From positions 2,400,001 to 2,464,000 of the forward strand of contig OZ242005.1 in the NCBI GenBank assembly GCA_965204725.1: a stretch of 64,000 nucleotides of DNA, given 5' to 3'. Both the position numbers and the translations under genes were made by a program. Numbering within the stretch: the stretch's first letter is position 1; each line of letters opens with the position of its first letter. The notes under the pieces are model-generated. The model was not told the origin of the DNA. It saw only the letters and a program-made list of their open reading frames with translations, and made no database searches. The stretch is from Candidatus Latescibacterota bacterium. Its GTDB lineage: Bacteria > Latescibacterota > UBA2968 > UBA8231. Below, piece by piece: positions 48,701 through 57,327 of this stretch.

Positions 48701-49672
48701 GTAATACGTCTGGACGCGGCTGTCCATAAACACCTCAACCCGATTTTCGGCCTGTCCCGAAAGCACCCTCACCACCGCACCCCGCAGGGAGGGGTTGGAC
48801 TTCAAGACAACGATCTGACCCGGTTCAAACTCCGTTTGGTCTAGCATATACGTTGGCGCCTTTTCGGCTGTTTGCGAAGCTAGGCGGCGGGTACGCGCTA
48901 GCTCCCTTTTTTGAGCTATCTGCACGGCACTGGCGGCAAGCAGACGACCGAGCACTTCCAAGTCGATCATTCGCACATGTTCGCAGACAGCTAGTACTTG
49001 GCCAAAATGCGTATCGAGCGATTGGCGTATCTGGTGTTTTCCGTCCACGGCCTCATCGGTCATGTAGCCGACTAAAATCTCGGCGGCCTTGGCGAGGTGA
49101 TAGAGTCCGATCAATTCGAGCGCGACCACCTTGGCATGGGCCGGTTCTCGTCCTGCCAGATGGTTCTTTTCAAAATCGGATTGGGCATCGCGCAGGCGGG
49201 AGATTCGTTCCAAAGCGACATTGAGGTCGGCGTAGTGATCCCGGCGAATCAGCCGTAGCCAAACGTCGAGGACGGTCGCCCAAGTGCGCTCGGGCCAATT
49301 TTCTGAGTCAATGGGAAGCTCAGCCCAAGGTTCATTCTTCAACCACTGCGCTGCATCAGCCCCTTTGTCGCCCAATACGGCGAGGCTGCCCGCTCTCAAT
49401 AGGGATTTCCCGGCGGCGAGTGGGTCAGCCGGACGAGGCAAAGCGCACAACAAGCAAAAGGCATCAGCAGCGGCGAGTTGCAGTTGCCTTTGTTTTTGCC
49501 CATCATGCGCTGCGTTCTCAAACACGAGATCGAGCACCACCATCTCCAGCACATCAGCAGCCCGTCGGATCAATTTTTCGTCTGCCAACTCGTGCGAATT
49601 CTGTGCATGTTGAGCTAGGTTCAGCGCCTGTTGGCGCATCTCTTCCTGATCTTCGAGCAGCCAATGACTCAT
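45791..49672 (-). CDS. SNF2/RapA-family helicase with an extra ~275-aa helical N-terminal domain
   Basis: '[16 protein letters not shown]', 'IVDEAHH', 'LTATP', 'EGLDYQ', '[20 protein letters not shown]'. Overlaps both neighbours by ATGA. Confidence 0.9.
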   Translation of the reverse strand: [1293 protein letters not shown]

Positions 49673-50463
49673 GGTTCACCTCCAAGTATGCGGGCTGGAA
49701 GGGCACTGATGGCACAAGGCAGATATATGGCGATCAAGCGGCATGTTGTCGGGTATTGCAGTTTTTCCGCCATAGTTCGTCCTCGTGTCCGCAGATCCAA
49801 CTCATTGGGCTGCGTATCCCGAATCAGAACCCCAAAGAGTGCAAGAGCCTTGTTTTCCGACCCAAGGAATAGTCTAACCGCTGCCTTGAATGATGTTTCA
49901 TAGACCGTTCCTTTACAACGGGGTAGGAGCCACCTAAGAAGTTGACGAACCAAGGATAGGTTGTTTGCTAAGTTGTCTAGCTGAGGTATTAAACCGCTCC
50001 GACCGCTCATTACACTCGGTGGCGTTCTAATGTCAGTGGATGATTTCACCTCACCCAGTAGGAGGCGTGTAGCCCCATCTTCAACTATAAACCCAACCAG
50101 ATCTGCGCCTTGAAGGCTCGCATTAGGATGCCTCTTATCGCGTTTCGTGTTCCAAGGCCATATAATTCTATACTCGCGGCTCAGGTGCGCTTCAGCTACT
50201 GCTTCTCCCACCGCCCAGCTTGGTTCTTCGCTTATTTCGGCGGCCAGAATTTCCTCAAGGCTATCTCGAGCGAATCCCGTGTCGGCTAAGTCTTGAAGAT
50301 ACATTTCAAATTCGGCCTCGCCATCTTCGTCGTAAAGCCGTGCCGAAACTTCGTTGGACATAAACGAACTGAACGCATCGCCGTCTTTCATACCTACACC
50401 CTGCCAAGATACCTGACGGTCCTGTCCTTCGTAGTTTACGGTTAATAGATCTGGCTCTGTCAT
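49669..50463 (-). CDS. PD-(D/E)XK nuclease-like protein, HamA/DUF1837-like
   Basis: 'GEAVAEAHL', 'SLQGADLVGF', 'LLLGEVKSS' fit the E...D...ExK catalytic layout. Confidence 0.6.
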   Translation of the reverse strand: MTEPDLLTVNYEGQDRQVSWQGVGMKDGDAFSSFMSNEVSARLYDEDGEAEFEMYLQDLADTGFARDSLEEILAAEISEEPSWAVGEAVAEAHLSREYRIIWPWNTKRDKRHPNASLQGADLVGFIVEDGATRLLLGEVKSSTDIRTPPSVMSGRSGLIPQLDNLANNLSLVRQLLRWLLPRCKGTVYETSFKAAVRLFLGSENKALALFGVLIRDTQPNELDLRTRGRTMAEKLQYPTTCRLIAIYLPCAISALPARILGGEP

Positions 50464-50560
50464 ACCCTCATCTCGCGGGCTATCAGCCGCGCTACCGTTT
50501 TAATAGGCCCCACCAGCATAGAAATCTAGGCGATGCGCTAGCTCAGCATAGCGTCGCGCC

Positions 50561-51367
50561 CTAGTACCCCAACCCGCGCAAATAATCGCGCATCCCCGCA
50601 CTCCGCCTCGCCTCGCTGACCGCGTCCTCGCCCTCGTAGGCCGGTTCGCCCGGACAGCTTGTTACCCAGCGGTCAAAGCCCCGCTCGGCGAGCGTGTTGA
50701 GCACCCCGGCAAAGTCGAGGCACTCGCCCTCGCCGACCGAAACCCACGCGGGATTGTAACGCCCCGGCTCGCGCACCGTGCAAGACGTATAGTCCTGTAG
50801 GTGGACGTAGTTGAGCGGTTCCCAAAAGTCAATCAGCGACTGCACTGGATCATAGCCCCACAGCTCGGCGTGCGAGACATCGATGCACAGCCGCGCCTTG
50901 TCCAGCAAGCTCATGTACAGCCGCCAATCCTCGGCCGAATCCACCAGCAAGTTGGTGTGGATGTGGTAGCTTAGCTCCAGCCCGTACTGGGCCGCGTACT
51001 CGGCCCACCGCTCGGCCCCCTCGGCCGCTCGCTCAATGTCGGCGCGTTCCGTCGGCCGGCCCTCGGGCTTGCGACCGCTCATAAACATAAAGCAATCCAC
51101 ACCCATCTCGGCGGCGAAATCCATCCGCCGCTTGTTGCGCTCGGTGTGCGCCCAGTCGCGGTCTTCGGGCGAGCCGCTAGCCGTAAACGCGCACAGCGGC
51201 AGGTCTGCGTCTTCGCACACTTGCTTCAGCCGCTTGGGCGGTCCTAACCAGTCGAGCGGCAAGCGCCCCTCCCAGCCGTCCCAACCGGCCTTTTTGAGCG
51301 CGGGCAGAGCCTCGGTCAAATCCGGCTGCCGCCAGCGCAGGGTCGCGTATCCCATCTTGAGTGCCAT
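50561..51367 (-). CDS. Sugar phosphate isomerase/epimerase (IolE / xylose-isomerase-like TIM barrel)
   Basis: 'KAGWDGWEG', 'LSYHIH', 'LCIDVSH', 'YVHLQD', 'GEGECLDF'. Confidence 0.8.
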   Translation of the reverse strand: MALKMGYATLRWRQPDLTEALPALKKAGWDGWEGRLPLDWLGPPKRLKQVCEDADLPLCAFTASGSPEDRDWAHTERNKRRMDFAAEMGVDCFMFMSGRKPEGRPTERADIERAAEGAERWAEYAAQYGLELSYHIHTNLLVDSAEDWRLYMSLLDKARLCIDVSHAELWGYDPVQSLIDFWEPLNYVHLQDYTSCTVREPGRYNPAWVSVGEGECLDFAGVLNTLAERGFDRWVTSCPGEPAYEGEDAVSEARRSAGMRDYLRGLGY

Positions 51368-51471
51368 AATTCGCCTCCTCGGTCGTGGTGGTGGTTTAAC
51401 GTACAGTCGAACAGCGATCTACGGGCAAAGTTCGTTGCTCTTTTCTGGCATCGCAACGATATTTTTTTACC

Positions 51472-53766
51472 ATGGAAAATGCTCCTTCTCTCTCGCGCGG
51501 CCAAGTGCATCGCGCCCTCCGCTCCTTCGTCGTCGCCAGCGGCTTGTGGGGCGCTTGGGGACAAGCCTGTGGGCTGGGGACGGCCGCCTTTACCGGCTTT
51601 GCGCTGTACCTAGGGGCCGACGGGGCCTTTATCGCCCTGTTTACCTCGGCCGCGTACTTCCTCGCTCTGACGCAACTGCTCGCGCCCCTGTTGAGCGCCC
51701 GCGTCCGCGACAAAAAGCGCTTTGTCGTCATCGGGGGGTACGTGGAAGTCGCCTTCCGCGGGCTGCCGCTGCTCATCCCCCTCTTCGTCCCAGCGCAGTA
51801 CCGGCTCGCGGCCTTGGTCGCCATGGTCTGCCTCAGCATGTTCAGCGGCTATGCGATTTCGCCCTTTTACAGCACTTGGATCGCCAACGCCGTGCCGGAG
51901 AATATCCGGGCGCGCTTTGCCAGTCGCCAGACCATCGTCAGCACCGTAGTAGCTATGATCGCCGGTTTTGCGATCGGCCAATTCCTCGACCTTTTCCCCG
52001 GAACGAGCGGCTTTGTCTGGGTCTTTGCGGCCGGGACGCTTTTTGGCCTCTTGGGGTACTCCTATTTCCTCCGCGCCCCCTTCCCCCAACAAACGGCCGC
52101 CACCGACGAACAAAGCACACGCTTGCGCGACCTCTTGCAGCCCTTCCACGACGCCAACTTCCGCCGCGCCGCCCTCTTTTTTGGCCTGTGGACCTTTGGC
52201 GTTGGGCTGGCCGGGCCGCTCTACAGCGTCTTTATGCTCGACCGCTTGCAGATTTCCTATACCGAGGTCTCGATTTTCAACGCCCTGTTCATGCTGACCA
52301 GCATCGCGGGCTACCGGCTCTGGGCCGGCCTCATCGACCGCTTCGGCTCCAGACCGGTGCTGCAAATCCTGATGACGCCGGCCGCGTTCCTGCCGCTGGT
52401 GTGGGCCTTTAACCAGCCGGGGGCCTACTCGCTAGTACCCGTGGCCTTGGTCCTGAGCGGCATCTTATTCTCCGGGATCGGGGTTGGCATCAACCCCTTG
52501 CTCTACGGCCTGTTGCCCCAAGGGGAGAAGCGCACGATGTACTTGGCGACTTGGTCGGTGACGGTCAACTTAATGGGGGCGCTCGGCCCTTTGTTGGGCG
52601 GCTTGCTCGTCGCTCAACTGGCGGGCTTGCGCTTTTCCGTGTTCGGCGTGAACATGGGCGATTTGCAGGTCATCTTTGCCCTCAGCGCCTTGATCCGGCT
52701 AGCGCCCTTGTTCATCCTCCGCACCGTCCGGGACGCGCGGAGCGCGACTTCGCGCAGCCTGCTCTCGCGGATGCTGCGCGGCAACGTCCTCAGCTACGCT
52801 TACAACGCCACCATCTTCAGCCTCGCCACGGCCGAGGGGACTAGGGCGCGCGCGGCCGAGGCCCTCGGCCGGTCGGGCAACCCCCTCGCCATCGAGCAAT
52901 TGGTCCAAGCCCTCGCCGACGCCAGCCCTCGGGTGCGCCGCGCGGCCGCCCGCGCCTTGGGCGAGAGCCGGTCGGAAAGCGCGGCCGAACCCCTAGTGCG
53001 CGAGCTTATTGACGGGGCCTCGGACATCCGCAGCGAAGCGGCCGAGGCACTGGGCCGCCTCGGATATTCCACGAGTATCGATCCCCTCGTCGATGCGCTG
53101 AGCGACGCCGATCCCCGAGTGCGCCTCAGCGCCATCCGCGGCCTAGCCAGCATCCGCGGGGACGAAGTCCACGAGCTATTATTCTGGCACTTTGGCAGCG
53201 ATTTCGACCCCTTGACGTTCCCGACGTTGGTCGATGTCCTCGGCGAGCGCCAAGACCGCCGCATTGTCAAACCCGCGCTGGGCCGCCTGACCGACTTTCC
53301 GTCTCCGGCCGTGCGCTTGCAGTTGCTCAACGGGGTCTGCCGTGCGCTCGGTGCTGGCGACCGGTTCTACCGCTTGCTCTCGCGTGAGGACACCGACCGC
53401 GTCGCGGCCATCTCCCGCCTGTTGCGCCGGGCGACCGACTCCTTGGGCGCGGGGCACTGCATCCGCGCGGCATACCGCACGCAGCTAAAAACCCTGTGCC
53501 GGGAAGTAGTAGTAGCGTATGAAGAGGAAAAGGCCGAGGCCCTAGTCGAGGCTATGCGGCAGGTGATGCGCACCGTGCGCGACGGACTCTCGGCCACCAG
53601 CGATCAAGCCTACGACGTGCTCTCGGTGTACGTGGTTCTCATCGCCATCGGCAACTTCATCAACAGCCCGGTGCGGCAAGAGTCGCCCGTGGCCCAAGAG
53701 ATTTTTCTCGCCGTGTGCCTCGCGCGTCTAGCCACCTTGGTCCGCCAGATCGACGACAGCACTTGA
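51472..53766 (+). CDS. MFS transporter fused to HEAT/PBS-lyase repeats
   Basis: About 12 TM segments with 'GLIDRFGSRP', then 'LVQALADASPRVRRAAARALG' and 'LSDADPRVRLSAIRGL'. Confidence 0.85.
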   Translation: MENAPSLSRGQVHRALRSFVVASGLWGAWGQACGLGTAAFTGFALYLGADGAFIALFTSAAYFLALTQLLAPLLSARVRDKKRFVVIGGYVEVAFRGLPLLIPLFVPAQYRLAALVAMVCLSMFSGYAISPFYSTWIANAVPENIRARFASRQTIVSTVVAMIAGFAIGQFLDLFPGTSGFVWVFAAGTLFGLLGYSYFLRAPFPQQTAATDEQSTRLRDLLQPFHDANFRRAALFFGLWTFGVGLAGPLYSVFMLDRLQISYTEVSIFNALFMLTSIAGYRLWAGLIDRFGSRPVLQILMTPAAFLPLVWAFNQPGAYSLVPVALVLSGILFSGIGVGINPLLYGLLPQGEKRTMYLATWSVTVNLMGALGPLLGGLLVAQLAGLRFSVFGVNMGDLQVIFALSALIRLAPLFILRTVRDARSATSRSLLSRMLRGNVLSYAYNATIFSLATAEGTRARAAEALGRSGNPLAIEQLVQALADASPRVRRAAARALGESRSESAAEPLVRELIDGASDIRSEAAEALGRLGYSTSIDPLVDALSDADPRVRLSAIRGLASIRGDEVHELLFWHFGSDFDPLTFPTLVDVLGERQDRRIVKPALGRLTDFPSPAVRLQLLNGVCRALGAGDRFYRLLSREDTDRVAAISRLLRRATDSLGAGHCIRAAYRTQLKTLCREVVVAYEEEKAEALVEAMRQVMRTVRDGLSATSDQAYDVLSVYVVLIAIGNFINSPVRQESPVAQEIFLAVCLARLATLVRQIDDST

Positions 53767-53770
53767 CCGC

Positions 53771-54487
53771 TCAGGCGCGGCGGCGATGCGCCCAGCGGAC
53801 GCGCGCCAAGTCCTTGAGACTAGCCAACGTTCCGGTCACCGGGTTAAAGCGACTGTCCGCGTCGAAACGCCACTTCACGGGGATTTTTGCAATGCGGTAG
53901 CTCGACTGGCGCGCCAGCAGCAAAAGCTCCACATCGAACATGAAGCCGGCGGTCTGCTGCCGAGCGCAGAGGTCGCGCACCACTGCGGCCTGAAAAAACT
54001 TAAATCCACACTGCGTATCGCCGAACTCGCTCAAGCCCATCAACACGCGCGAGAGCCAGCTAAACGCCGCCGACCCCCACTGCCGGTAGCGCCGGCGCGC
54101 AACGACGAATTCGGTCGCGCTCAGCGTCCGGTCGCCGATCACTCCATCCCACCCGGCGGCCAATAGAGGCATTACCTCGTCGAGCGCGGCGATGTCGGTC
54201 TTATAGTCGCCATCCATAAAGCCGATGTAGCGGCCTTGGGCCTCGGCCACGCCGCGCTGCACGGAATAGCCCTTGCCGCGGTTGCGGCTGTTTTGCACGC
54301 AACGGACTTGCGGATGCTCGCGAGCGTACTCGGCAATGCGGGCGGCCGTGCGGTCGGTGCTGCCGTCATCTACGACCAGCAATTCACAAGACCACGTCCG
54401 CTGTTGCAGCAACTCAATGGTTTGCTCCAAGGCGATGAGAATCCGCTTTTCTTCGTTGTACGCGGGTATGACGATGCTCAAATCCAT
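53771..54487 (-). CDS. GT2 polyprenyl-phosphate glycosyltransferase (dolichyl-P glucose/mannose synthase-like)
   Basis: 'LSIVIPAYNEE', 'VVDDGSTD', 'NRGKG', 'DTQCGFK', 'FDVELL'. Confidence 0.9.
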   Translation of the reverse strand: MDLSIVIPAYNEEKRILIALEQTIELLQQRTWSCELLVVDDGSTDRTAARIAEYAREHPQVRCVQNSRNRGKGYSVQRGVAEAQGRYIGFMDGDYKTDIAALDEVMPLLAAGWDGVIGDRTLSATEFVVARRRYRQWGSAAFSWLSRVLMGLSEFGDTQCGFKFFQAAVVRDLCARQQTAGFMFDVELLLLARQSSYRIAKIPVKWRFDADSRFNPVTGTLASLKDLARVRWAHRRRA

Positions 54488-54511
54488 AGTAGCGCAATAG
54501 CGGCGGCCCGC

Positions 54512-54540
54512 TTGACGTTGCGAGCCGCCGCCCCTATAAT
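54512..54540 (+). promoter_or_regulatory. Sigma-70 promoter
   Basis: TTGACG (54512-17), N17, TATAAT (54535-40). Confidence 0.8.
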
Positions 54541-54580
54541 CCGCCGCAACCTGTGCCCCTAAGCCATGCGAGAAAGGCCC

Positions 54581-54928
54581 ATGAGCGAGGAAACCATTTT
54601 TAGCAAAATCATCCGCCGCGAAATTCCCGCTGCCATCGTCTATGAGGACGACGACTGCTTGGCTTTCCGCGACATCCAGCCTCAAGCCCCAACGCACATC
54701 CTCGTCATACCCAAGGAAGCAGTCGCTGGCGTCCAACACGCCGCGCCCGAACACGGGCGTCTGCTCGGGCACCTGCTGCTCAAGGCCAGCCAAATCGCCG
54801 CCGAGCAGGGCCTAGCCGCAACGGGCTATCGCTTGGTCATCAACGCCGGCGACGACGGCGGGCAAACGGTAGGCCACCTCCACGTCCACCTGCTCGGGGG
54901 CCGCCCCATGCAGTGGCCGCCCGGATAA
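54581..54928 (+). CDS. hinT: Histidine triad nucleotide-binding protein
   Basis: 'TIFSKII', 'DIQPQAPTHILVIPK', 'GQTVGHLHVHLLGGR', 'WPPG'. Confidence 0.93.
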   Translation: MSEETIFSKIIRREIPAAIVYEDDDCLAFRDIQPQAPTHILVIPKEAVAGVQHAAPEHGRLLGHLLLKASQIAAEQGLAATGYRLVINAGDDGGQTVGHLHVHLLGGRPMQWPPG

Positions 54929-54961
54929 AAAAAGAGGCGATGCCGCGCCGGGCACCGCCTC
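54927..54961 (-). terminator. Intrinsic terminator downstream of rplC
   Basis: Minus strand reads GAGGCGGTGCC-loop-GGCATCGCCTC-TTTTTTT. Confidence 0.75.
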
Positions 54962-54985
54962 GCAAGTGCTCTTAAAACCGGGGGG

Positions 54986-55603
54986 TTATATGGTCTGGAT
55001 CAGGACATAGCCATTGGTCCCGCCCGGGACAGCCCCCTTGAGGAAGAGCAAATTGCGATCCGCGTCGATCCGCTCGACCGTCAATCCCTTTGTGGAGACT
55101 CGCTTGTTGCCCATCTGGCCAGACATTTTCTTGCCCTTCCACACCTTACCCGGCGTCGTGCCTTGGCCGATGGAGCCGCCGTGGCGCACGGTATCCGGGG
55201 TGCCGTGGCTCGCGTTCTTGCCGCGAAAACCGTGGCGCTTGACCACGCCGGCAAAGCCCTTGCCCTTGGATTTACCCGTCACTTTGACCCGCCGACCGAC
55301 CTCAAACTGGCTCACATCCAAGACTTGGCCGACCTCAAACTCGCCCTCTTCGCCGCGAAATTCGCGCAGGATGCGGTGCCCGCTCACGCCAGCCTTGGCC
55401 AGATGGCCCTTTTGCGGCTTGGTCAGCTTGCGCTCTGGCACTTCGTCGAATGCGAGCTGCAAAGCCGAGTATCCGTTGTCCCCTTCGGTCCGCACCTGTA
55501 CCACCGGGCAGGGGCCGGCCGCGACGATCGTCACCGGCGTGAGCTCCTCGCGGCTGTTGTACACCTGCGTCATTCCCAATTTCTTGCCAATCAAGGCCCC
55601 CAT
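54986..55603 (-). CDS. rplC: 50S ribosomal protein L3
   Basis: 'LIGKKLGMTQV', 'SKGKGFAGVVKRHGF', 'GSIGQGTTPGKVWKGKKMSGQMG', 'KGAVPG'; AAGGAG RBS. Confidence 0.97.
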   Translation of the reverse strand: MGALIGKKLGMTQVYNSREELTPVTIVAAGPCPVVQVRTEGDNGYSALQLAFDEVPERKLTKPQKGHLAKAGVSGHRILREFRGEEGEFEVGQVLDVSQFEVGRRVKVTGKSKGKGFAGVVKRHGFRGKNASHGTPDTVRHGGSIGQGTTPGKVWKGKKMSGQMGNKRVSTKGLTVERIDADRNLLFLKGAVPGGTNGYVLIQTI

Positions 55604-55702
55604 AAAGCCAACTCCTTCAGATAGTTGTCGCGCAAACAGAATTGTAAAAATTACGCAAAATTTTTCTAGCGAGCAAGAGCGGCCCGCGGCAAGGCGGCAA
55701 AG

Positions 55703-56602
55703 TTGAGCGCGATAACCATATTTCGCGGCGGGGCAATCGGCGATTTCGTCCTCACCCTACCCGCCATCGCGGCCGTGCGCCTGGCCCTTCCCGCGGCCGC
55801 CTTGCGCCTCATCGGCCGGCCGACGACCCTAGTGCTCGGCCCAGCGGCCTCCATCCTCAACGGCGAAGACCCGCGCCTGATTGCCCTGCACCGCGCCGGG
55901 CCGCTTCCCCCGGCCACCCGCCAGCTCTTCGCCGCTACGCAGCGCGTACTAGCCTATACAGTGGATGCCCAACAACACGTAGGCCCGCAACTGCGCCGAG
56001 CGGTCGCCGGGCCGGTGCTGCTGTGGGACCCGCGGCCCCCCGCCAATTTCCGCGGCCACATCGTCGATCACTTGCTAAGTCCCTTGCAACAATGGGGCTT
56101 ACCCGTCTGCAACCGCACCCCCCACATCGAACTGCGTCCCGACGACTATGGCTACGTAGAAACGCTCGCATCTCCCCCCGAAGTGGTCATCCACCTAGGC
56201 AGCGGCTCGCCGGCCAAGTGCTGGCCCGCGGCGAATTTCCGCGCCCTCGCCAGCGCGCTGCAAAAAAGAGGCTGGCACACCGCATTCCTGTGCGGCCCGG
56301 TCGAGCGCGAACGCTCGCTCTCCGTCGGCGGCTGGCCCCTGCTCCACCCCCCAGACCTGCGCGCCCTCGCCGGCTTGCTCTCCCAAGCCGCGCTCTTTAT
56401 CGGCAACGACTCCGGTCCTGGGCACATCGCCGCGGCAGTCGGCACTCCGACCTTGACGCTGTTTGGCCCCACCGACCCCCGGCTGTGGGCACCACGCGGC
56501 CCATTCAGTCGAGTCCTGCAAGCACCGGCCAAAGACATCGCTGCAATCCCCATCCCGGCCGCCATAGATGCGGCCCTAGCCATCCTCCACAGGGCGCGAT
56601 GA
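55703..56602 (+). CDS. Glycosyltransferase family 9 (heptosyltransferase-like)
   Basis: '[11 protein letters not shown]', '[12 protein letters not shown]', '[26 protein letters not shown]'. Confidence 0.9.
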   Translation: MSAITIFRGGAIGDFVLTLPAIAAVRLALPAAALRLIGRPTTLVLGPAASILNGEDPRLIALHRAGPLPPATRQLFAATQRVLAYTVDAQQHVGPQLRRAVAGPVLLWDPRPPANFRGHIVDHLLSPLQQWGLPVCNRTPHIELRPDDYGYVETLASPPEVVIHLGSGSPAKCWPAANFRALASALQKRGWHTAFLCGPVERERSLSVGGWPLLHPPDLRALAGLLSQAALFIGNDSGPGHIAAAVGTPTLTLFGPTDPRLWAPRGPFSRVLQAPAKDIAAIPIPAAIDAALAILHRAR

Positions 56603-57219
56603 CCTCTTACGCCGACCAACGCCGCGCTATGGTGCGCGAGCAACTCAGCCACCGCGGCCTTGACGACCCGCGCGTCCTCGCCGCGTTCGCCCGCGTCCCC
56701 AGGCATCGCTACGTCCCGGAGGCCCTGCGTCCCCATGCGTATGCCGACCACCCACTGGCCATTGGCGCAGAGCAAACCATCTCTCAGCCCTACGTAGTGG
56801 CTTACATGCTCTCGGTGCTCGGCCTGCAGGGCACAGAACGGGTCTTGGAGATTGGCACCGGCTCTGGGTACCAGACTGCCCTGCTCGCCGAACTGGCCGG
56901 TCCAGTCTATAGCATTGAATTCTTCTCTGACCTCGCCGCACAGGCCCGGCGCGTCCTCGCCGCCACGGGCTATGGCCGCGTCGCCCTCCGCGTCGGCGAC
57001 GGCCGCGCAGGCTGGCCCGAGGCCGCCCCTTTTGACGCCATCGCCTGCTCGGCCGCACCCGCTGCCATCCCACCGGCTCTACTCGAACAACTAGCCCCGG
57101 CCGGCCGCCTCATCCTCCCGCTCGGCACCCAACGCCAGCACTTGGTCTTGGTCGAGCGCACCGCGACCGGCCTCAGCCAGCGCAAACTCCTGCCCGTGCG
57201 CTTTGTGCCGATGCAGTAA
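56599..57219 (+). CDS. pcm: Protein-L-isoaspartate O-methyltransferase
   Basis: 'QTISQPY', '[13 protein letters not shown]', '[11 protein letters not shown]', 'VRFVPM'; ATGA overlap with the GT9 gene. Confidence 0.95.
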   Translation: MTSYADQRRAMVREQLSHRGLDDPRVLAAFARVPRHRYVPEALRPHAYADHPLAIGAEQTISQPYVVAYMLSVLGLQGTERVLEIGTGSGYQTALLAELAGPVYSIEFFSDLAAQARRVLAATGYGRVALRVGDGRAGWPEAAPFDAIACSAAPAAIPPALLEQLAPAGRLILPLGTQRQHLVLVERTATGLSQRKLLPVRFVPMQ

Positions 57220-57327
57220 GCGGATTTAAGCGGGGCCTGTTCTTGCTCTAGTGCCGACCAGATACGTTTTTTAGACAGACTACCCGTAGGTACGTATCAC
57301 CTGCCGCTCTAGCACGGATGCTCCGCA

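Noticed and set aside
41246-50463. Island as a prophage or integrative element
   Set aside because: No integrase, tRNA target, flanking direct repeats or phage structural genes seen.
50526-50564. Imperfect hairpin at the upstream edge of the defence island
   Set aside because: The stem is mismatched with no U-tract, and it does not match the repeats at the other edge, so it cannot be called a terminator or att site.
51036-52412. 458-aa ORF, and similar long ORFs such as 23757-24905, 30049-30906 and 8806-9513
   Set aside because: High-GC frame shadows overlapping genes with clear family motifs.
56023-56598. N-terminal extensions of pcm, and likewise of GT2 (to 54793), pyrD (to 62310), pyrK (to 63170) and the TMTC-like gene (from 20810)
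   Set aside because: They overlap neighbouring real genes; downstream starts with coupling overlaps or family-typical N-termini fit better.
57261-57298. GATACGT...ACGTATC inverted repeat upstream of the MTase
   Set aside because: Only 7 bp and no controller protein gene nearby; may be chance.
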